From: Candidatus Cloacimonadota bacterium
Lineage (GTDB): Bacteria > Cloacimonadota > Cloacimonadia > Cloacimonadales > TCS61
Assembly: GCA_034660955.1 (NCBI GenBank)
Contig: JAYEKK010000120.1
Coordinates: 1-39,630 of the forward strand
Direction: 5' to 3'
Length of the DNA stretch: 39,630 nt
This document shows positions 35,294 to 39,630 of the stretch, in pieces. The translations under genes and the position numbers were made by a program. Under the pieces are notes generated by a model that saw nothing but the letters and a program-made list of their open reading frames with translations, ran no database searches and was not told the origin of the DNA. Numbering within the stretch: the stretch's first letter is position 1; each line of letters opens with the position of its first letter.

Positions 35294-36205
35294 ATGGCTA
35301 AAAAGAAAAGCCCGATCTTAAAGATTTTTATTTTATTTATTCTCATTGAAACAGCATTAGTGTTTGTTTCAAATGGATTTAATAAAAAACTTCAAGTAGG
35401 ATTTGATGACGGAAAAATTATCTTTAGAAACATTCAAAGCCATTACGACCTGCAAGAAAAAATTACCGAAGAATTCCAAATTGATGAACACTATCGTCAA
35501 ACTGGCGAAACACCAAAAATCTACGGTAGTAATCAAACATATGAATTCTTTAAAAACATATTTGGTAAAGCTTCCGCTATAGGAACATTCCAGCTTTTGC
35601 GTATGCTGCTTATTGTAGATATTGTGCTTCTATTCATTGCTCTCCTGATAAAAAAGAAATTATTAAAAAGACCATCGCAACCACAAATAATATTTGAAAT
35701 GATTTATTCTACATTTGAACAATTTGTAATAGAAACACTTGGCAAAGAAAGAGTTAACTTCACTCCATACATTGTAACGCTTTTTTTATTCATTTGGGTT
35801 TGCAACCTGGTTGGAATGATCCCCATCCCCGGGTTTATGGAACCTACCAGAAACCTAAATGTTCCACTTGGTCTTGGAGTTTTTGCAGTTGCAATAGTTC
35901 ATATAACTGCTTTTAAAGTAAAGGGTGTTTGGGGTCATCTTAAAAATTATGTAAATCCTGTAAAAAACCCTCTTTTCCTCTTGGATATCATTGGAGAACT
36001 TTCTAAAGTTGTATCAATTTCTTTCCGATTATTTGGTAATATTTTAGGCGGAGCTATCATTATTTTGGTTGTTTCATCGTTGGTTAGTTACGTGGTTTTC
36101 CCGGTTGGATTAAATCTTTTCTTTAGTTTGTTCGTAGGAACAATACAAGCTTTTGTTTTCACAATGCTGGCACTCACCTATATTGGCGTTGAGATCTCGG
36201 AGTAA
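35294..36205 (+). CDS. atpB: F-type ATP synthase F0 subunit a
   Basis: SISFRLFGNILGG contains the essential Arg. The C-terminal helices QAFVFTMLALTYI are present. Confidence 0.9.
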   Translation: MAKKKSPILKIFILFILIETALVFVSNGFNKKLQVGFDDGKIIFRNIQSHYDLQEKITEEFQIDEHYRQTGETPKIYGSNQTYEFFKNIFGKASAIGTFQLLRMLLIVDIVLLFIALLIKKKLLKRPSQPQIIFEMIYSTFEQFVIETLGKERVNFTPYIVTLFLFIWVCNLVGMIPIPGFMEPTRNLNVPLGLGVFAVAIVHITAFKVKGVWGHLKNYVNPVKNPLFLLDIIGELSKVVSISFRLFGNILGGAIIILVVSSLVSYVVFPVGLNLFFSLFVGTIQAFVFTMLALTYIGVEISE

Positions 36206-36207
36206 TA

Positions 36208-36960
36208 ATGGAATTATCTGTAGAATATATTAGAATTGCAGCATACCTCGGAGCAGGAATAAGTGTTGGTCTAGGTGCCATAACAACCGGAATTGGGTCA
36301 GGAATAATTGCCGGAGAAGGTGCTTATGGTGTTATGAAACAACCACAAGCCAATGATCAATTATTTAGAACTATGCTTATTGGTCAAGCTGCGGCACAAA
36401 CGGCCGGAATATTTGCGTTGGTTATTTCTATGCTGTTAATATATGGAGGTTTTGATATTGTTGATGGCGGCTGGTTCAGGGCAGCAGCTTTACTTTCTGC
36501 TGGATTGGCTATGGGAATTGGAGCTTTGGGTCCATCCCTCGGTGCCGGATATTCCGGTGGAGAAGCATGTAAATCTGTTGCTAGAATGCCAAAGCATGGT
36601 AATGCAATAATGGGAAATATGCTTATTGGTCAGGCATTATCACAAACTTCTGCAATATTTGCTCTGGTTGTATCACTGCTTCTTTTGTATTCTGTTCCAA
36701 ATCAGCCGGCAGGTCTTTCTGTTGGTAAAATTTTATTAAAATCAGTTTCATTGATTGGTGCAGGAATGGCAATTGGGCTCGGAACAATAGGGCCCGGGGC
36801 GGGTATTGGATATGTTGCAGGTAAGGCAAATGATATGATGGGAAGATTTCCCAAAGAAAGATCAATGATAATGAGAACGATGTTTTTAGGAGCAGCAGTA
36901 TCAGAATCAACAGCGATATATTCGTTAGTGATTGCTTTTCTGCTGATCTTTGCAGTATAA
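36208..36960 (+). CDS. Triplicated F0 c-subunit fusion (three c hairpins, predicted 6 TM); only the third hairpin keeps the ion-binding Glu
   Basis: Three collinear c-subunit repeats (about aa 1-82, 83-168, 169-250). Each has a Gly-rich helix 1, a polar loop (KQP / RMP / RFP) and a helix 2. The helix-2 carboxylate position is Q64 (CAA 36397-36399), Q146 (CAA 36643-36645) and E233 (GAA 36904-36906). GGAG RBS. There are no internal stops. Confidence 0.85.
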   Translation: MELSVEYIRIAAYLGAGISVGLGAITTGIGSGIIAGEGAYGVMKQPQANDQLFRTMLIGQAAAQTAGIFALVISMLLIYGGFDIVDGGWFRAAALLSAGLAMGIGALGPSLGAGYSGGEACKSVARMPKHGNAIMGNMLIGQALSQTSAIFALVVSLLLLYSVPNQPAGLSVGKILLKSVSLIGAGMAIGLGTIGPGAGIGYVAGKANDMMGRFPKERSMIMRTMFLGAAVSESTAIYSLVIAFLLIFAV

Positions 36961-36969
36961 ATAATTTAG

Positions 36970-37242
<273 letters not shown>

Positions 37243-37273
37243 GATTACAACGAAGACCAGACATTGAATGCAA

Positions 37274-37295
37274 GTTGGGAGAAATAGCTTCCAAC
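37274..37295 (+). promoter_or_regulatory. Intra-operon stem-loop after the c-subunit gene
   Basis: GTTGGGAG-AAATAG-CTTCCAAC has an 8-bp stem including one G-U pair. It lies between atpE and atpF and has no U-tract. It could be an mRNA stability or processing element. Confidence 0.3.
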
Positions 37296-37320
37296 AGTGA
37301 AATATTAATTTGGAGATTTT

Positions 37321-37803
37321 ATGATTAGTATAGATTATTCTCTCATTATTGTAATTCTTAATTTCGTACTTTTACTGATCGTTCTGAATAAGATTCTGTA
37401 TAAACCGATCAAGAAATTCTTGGGTGAGAGGCAACAAAAAATAGCTTCTGACTTGGATGAAGCAAAGGCATCGCAAACGCAAGCTGAGAAACTTGTAGAA
37501 CAAAAAAACGATGAGTTAAAGCAATCTGCAGAAGAGATCAGGAAGATGAAGAATGCCGCTACCAGTGATGCTGAAGGTAAAGCCAAAGACATTATGAAGA
37601 ATGCTAAAGAACAGGAAAAGCGGATATTACAAGATACGGAAGAACAACTCGAAACCGAAAAAGTAAAGGTTATGGAAATAATTGAAGATGAATTGACAGA
37701 AATGGTTGCCGAACTTTCTTCTAAATTCCTATCGGAAAAATTCGATGAGAAAAAAGATAAAGAACTGATAAAGAAAATCATCTCTGAGCGGGGAAGTAAG
37801 TGA
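37321..37803 (+). CDS. atpF: F-type ATP synthase F0 subunit b
   Basis: One N-terminal TM helix followed by a long, charged coiled coil (KASQTQAEKLVEQKNDELKQSAEEIRK...). GGAGA RBS. Operon position fits. Confidence 0.88.
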   Translation: MISIDYSLIIVILNFVLLLIVLNKILYKPIKKFLGERQQKIASDLDEAKASQTQAEKLVEQKNDELKQSAEEIRKMKNAATSDAEGKAKDIMKNAKEQEKRILQDTEEQLETEKVKVMEIIEDELTEMVAELSSKFLSEKFDEKKDKELIKKIISERGSK

Positions 37804-38345
37804 AAAATATACTCGTTGCTCAACGCTATTCTCAAGCTATTATTAGTGGACTCGATGATAAAGATATCAATTCAATATTAGCTGATGTTGAGATAATGGG
37901 CAGTTCAATAAAAACTGAACCGGAACTTGTGGATGCGGTTAATTCTTATTTATTTCCAGCTAATAAACGTTTGGGAATAGCATTGAGTATGACAAAGAAA
38001 TTAAAGAATACTAAACTGTGGGAAAACTTGTTCGGTATTCTTATCAAAAAGCATAGATTCAATATTGTTACAGAAATTCTGCAAGACCTGGAGAATAAAA
38101 TATTAGATAAGAAAGATCAGGTTAAAGTTGGACTGACCATCGCTCATGATTTATCTGAAGATGTACTTAATTCCATATCTGAAAAATTAAAAGATATTCT
38201 TGAAAAAGATGTAATTTTAGATGTAAAGATAGACCCTGAAATATTAGGAGGTTTTGTAGCAACTACAGATTCTCTGTTAATTGACGGATCAATAAAAAAT
38301 AATTTAGTAAAGCTGCTAAAAGTTAAGTCAAAAAAAAAGAAATGA
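37800..38345 (+). CDS. atpH: F-type ATP synthase F1 subunit delta (OSCP)
   Basis: GTG start overlaps the atpF stop (GTGA). 181 aa. The C-terminal [22 protein letters not shown] segment is typical of delta/OSCP. Confidence 0.8.
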   Translation: MKNILVAQRYSQAIISGLDDKDINSILADVEIMGSSIKTEPELVDAVNSYLFPANKRLGIALSMTKKLKNTKLWENLFGILIKKHRFNIVTEILQDLENKILDKKDQVKVGLTIAHDLSEDVLNSISEKLKDILEKDVILDVKIDPEILGGFVATTDSLLIDGSIKNNLVKLLKVKSKKKK

Positions 38346-38352
38346 GGTCAGT

Positions 38353-39630
38353 ATGAAAATACAACCAGATGAAATAAGTTCGATCCTAAGAGATAAGATC
38401 AAAGGATTAAAATTTGATATTGATATTTCCGAAACCGGAAAAGTTGTTCAGGTGGGAGATGGAATTGCCCGAATTTATGGAATGGACAATGTGATGGCTG
38501 GTGAGATGATAGAATTCCCTGGTGACGTTATGGGAATGGCATTAAACCTGGAAGAAGACAATGTGGGATGTATTATTTTTGGTGAGACACGAAAGATCAA
38601 AGAAGGTGATATAGCAAAAAGAACCAAGAAGATCTTGCAGGTTCCTGTAGGTGAAGCGATGCTGGGTCGTGTTGTGAATGCACTTGGAGAACCGTTGGAC
38701 GGGAAAGGTCAGATCAAAGCTGAAGCTTATATGCCGGTTGAAAGAAAAGCTCTCGGTGTTATACAAAGACAACCGGTTAAAGAACCTCTCCAAACAGGTC
38801 TCAAAGCAATCGATTCGATGATCCCGATTGGTAGAGGACAGCGTGAATTAATCATTGGTGACCGCCAAACAGGTAAAACAGCTATTGCTATCGATACAAT
38901 TTTAAACCAGAAAGATACCGATGTGATTTGTATCTATGTTGCTATCGGGCAAAAAAAATCATCAGTGGCAAAGATCGTGAACACACTTGAAGCAAATGGA
39001 TCTATGGAGTATACGATCATAGTTATTGCCTCTGCTGCTGAATCTGCTTCTTTGCAATATCTCTCACCATACACAGGATGTACAATGGGAGAATATTTCC
39101 GCGATAAAGGACAACATGCACTTATCATTTATGATGATCTCTCTAAACATGCTGTATCTTACAGAGAGCTTTCATTACTTCTTAGAAGACCTCCAGGACG
39201 TGAAGCTTATCCCGGAGATGTTTTCTATCTTCATTCACGTCTTTTGGAAAGAGCCTCCAAGCTTAATGATGAACTTGGTGGCGGTTCACTTACTGCTCTT
39301 CCTATTATTGAAACACAGGCAGATGACTTAACAGCATATATTCCAACAAATGTTATTTCAATTACAGATGGTCAGATATTCCTTAGTAACCGCTTGTTCT
39401 ATTCAGGTATTCGTCCTGCTATTAATGCCGGACTTTCGGTTTCACGTGTGGGAGGAAGCGCGCAACGAAAAGCGATGAAGAGCGTTACCGGACAATTGCG
39501 TGTAACATTAGCTCAATACACAGAGCTTGAAGCATTTGCAAAATTTGGATCAGACCTTGATAAGGCAACTCAGGCACAGCTTACACGAGGTAAACGATTA
39601 ATAGAAATTCTAAAACAATCACAATATTCA
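38353..39630 (+). CDS. atpA: F-type ATP synthase F1 subunit alpha (5' part; 426 codons, runs off the window end; absent from the ORF track)
   Basis: Own translation from ATG 38353, with a GAGG RBS: [18 protein letters not shown]... Walker A is [61 protein letters not shown] and [15 protein letters not shown] are also present. Confidence 0.93.
   Translation, partial: MKIQPDEISSILRDKIKGLKFDIDISETGKVVQVGDGIARIYGMDNVMAGEMIEFPGDVMGMALNLEEDNVGCIIFGETRKIKEGDIAKRTKKILQVPVGEAMLGRVVNALGEPLDGKGQIKAEAYMPVERKALGVIQRQPVKEPLQTGLKAIDSMIPIGRGQRELIIGDRQTGKTAIAIDTILNQKDTDVICIYVAIGQKKSSVAKIVNTLEANGSMEYTIIVIASAAESASLQYLSPYTGCTMGEYFRDKGQHALIIYDDLSKHAVSYRELSLLLRRPPGREAYPGDVFYLHSRLLERASKLNDELGGGSLTALPIIETQADDLTAYIPTNVISITDGQIFLSNRLFYSGIRPAINAGLSVSRVGGSAQRKAMKSVTGQLRVTLAQYTELEAFAKFGSDLDKATQAQLTRGKRLIEILKQSQYS

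Noticed and set aside
35294-35600. An apparent N-terminal extension of the a subunit (about 100 aa before the conserved core).
   Set aside because: The total length of 303 aa is within the normal spread for bacterial a subunits, and the region has an ordinary TM-loop-TM layout. It is not distinctive enough to report.
37335-37835. 166-aa minus-strand ORF, Ser-rich.
   Set aside because: It is the antisense shadow of the Glu/Lys-rich atpF coiled coil, a typical artefact of GAA/AAG-rich coding DNA.

Overview
This is a 39.6-kb, AT-rich bacterial chromosomal window read in genetic code 11; TGA is an ordinary stop at several ATGA/GTGA gene junctions. Four large proteins end in Por/T9SS-type C-terminal sorting domains (NYPNPFNP...GIYFYK...KKMILLK). 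That points to an FCB-superphylum organism, perhaps Cloacimonadota-like, but this is inference only. Gene order, left to right:
- ArsR regulator plus permease.
- T9SS cargo gene A.
- DEAD-box helicase followed by a 161-bp tandem repeat.
- Three small minus-strand genes, including a rubrerythrin-like protein.
- Two very large T9SS cargo genes: a BNR/Asp-box tandem propeller protein and an S8 subtilase with FG-GAP repeats.
- COG1092-type methyltransferase.
- T9SS cargo gene B (PKD plus beta-helix).
- glk, a methyltransferase, an outer-membrane barrel candidate and recJ.
- A ferredoxin / geranylgeranyl-reductase / polyprenol-kinase / GT2 / eukaryote-type UGPase cluster.
- A compact sigma-70, a MerR(HspR-like) regulator, a LysM-M23 peptidase and acyP.
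- rsmG-parA-parB, an M23 peptidase and a bactofilin.
- An F-type ATP synthase operon (atpZ-atpI-atpB-c-c-atpF-atpH-atpA, running off the window end).

The most interesting observations are:
1. A 250-aa gene in the ATP synthase operon is three fused c-subunit hairpins. Only the third keeps the ion-binding Glu (Q64, Q146, E233). It sits next to a canonical c subunit with a two-carboxylate Na+-type motif.
2. Both smaller T9SS cargo genes have an in-frame TGA at exactly codon 35. It lies in a thioredoxin-like redox motif (GCUG in one, UQYC in the other). Each TGA is followed 13-14 nt later by a hairpin with a GGA loop, so these are candidate secreted selenoproteins.
3. An archaeal-style ferredoxin+GGR pair is linked to genes for a polyprenyl-phosphate-glucose carrier.

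Several dispersed or tandem non-coding repeat families are also present. No rRNA, tRNA, CRISPR array or obvious mobile element was seen. All family assignments come from motif recognition by eye; no database search was possible.
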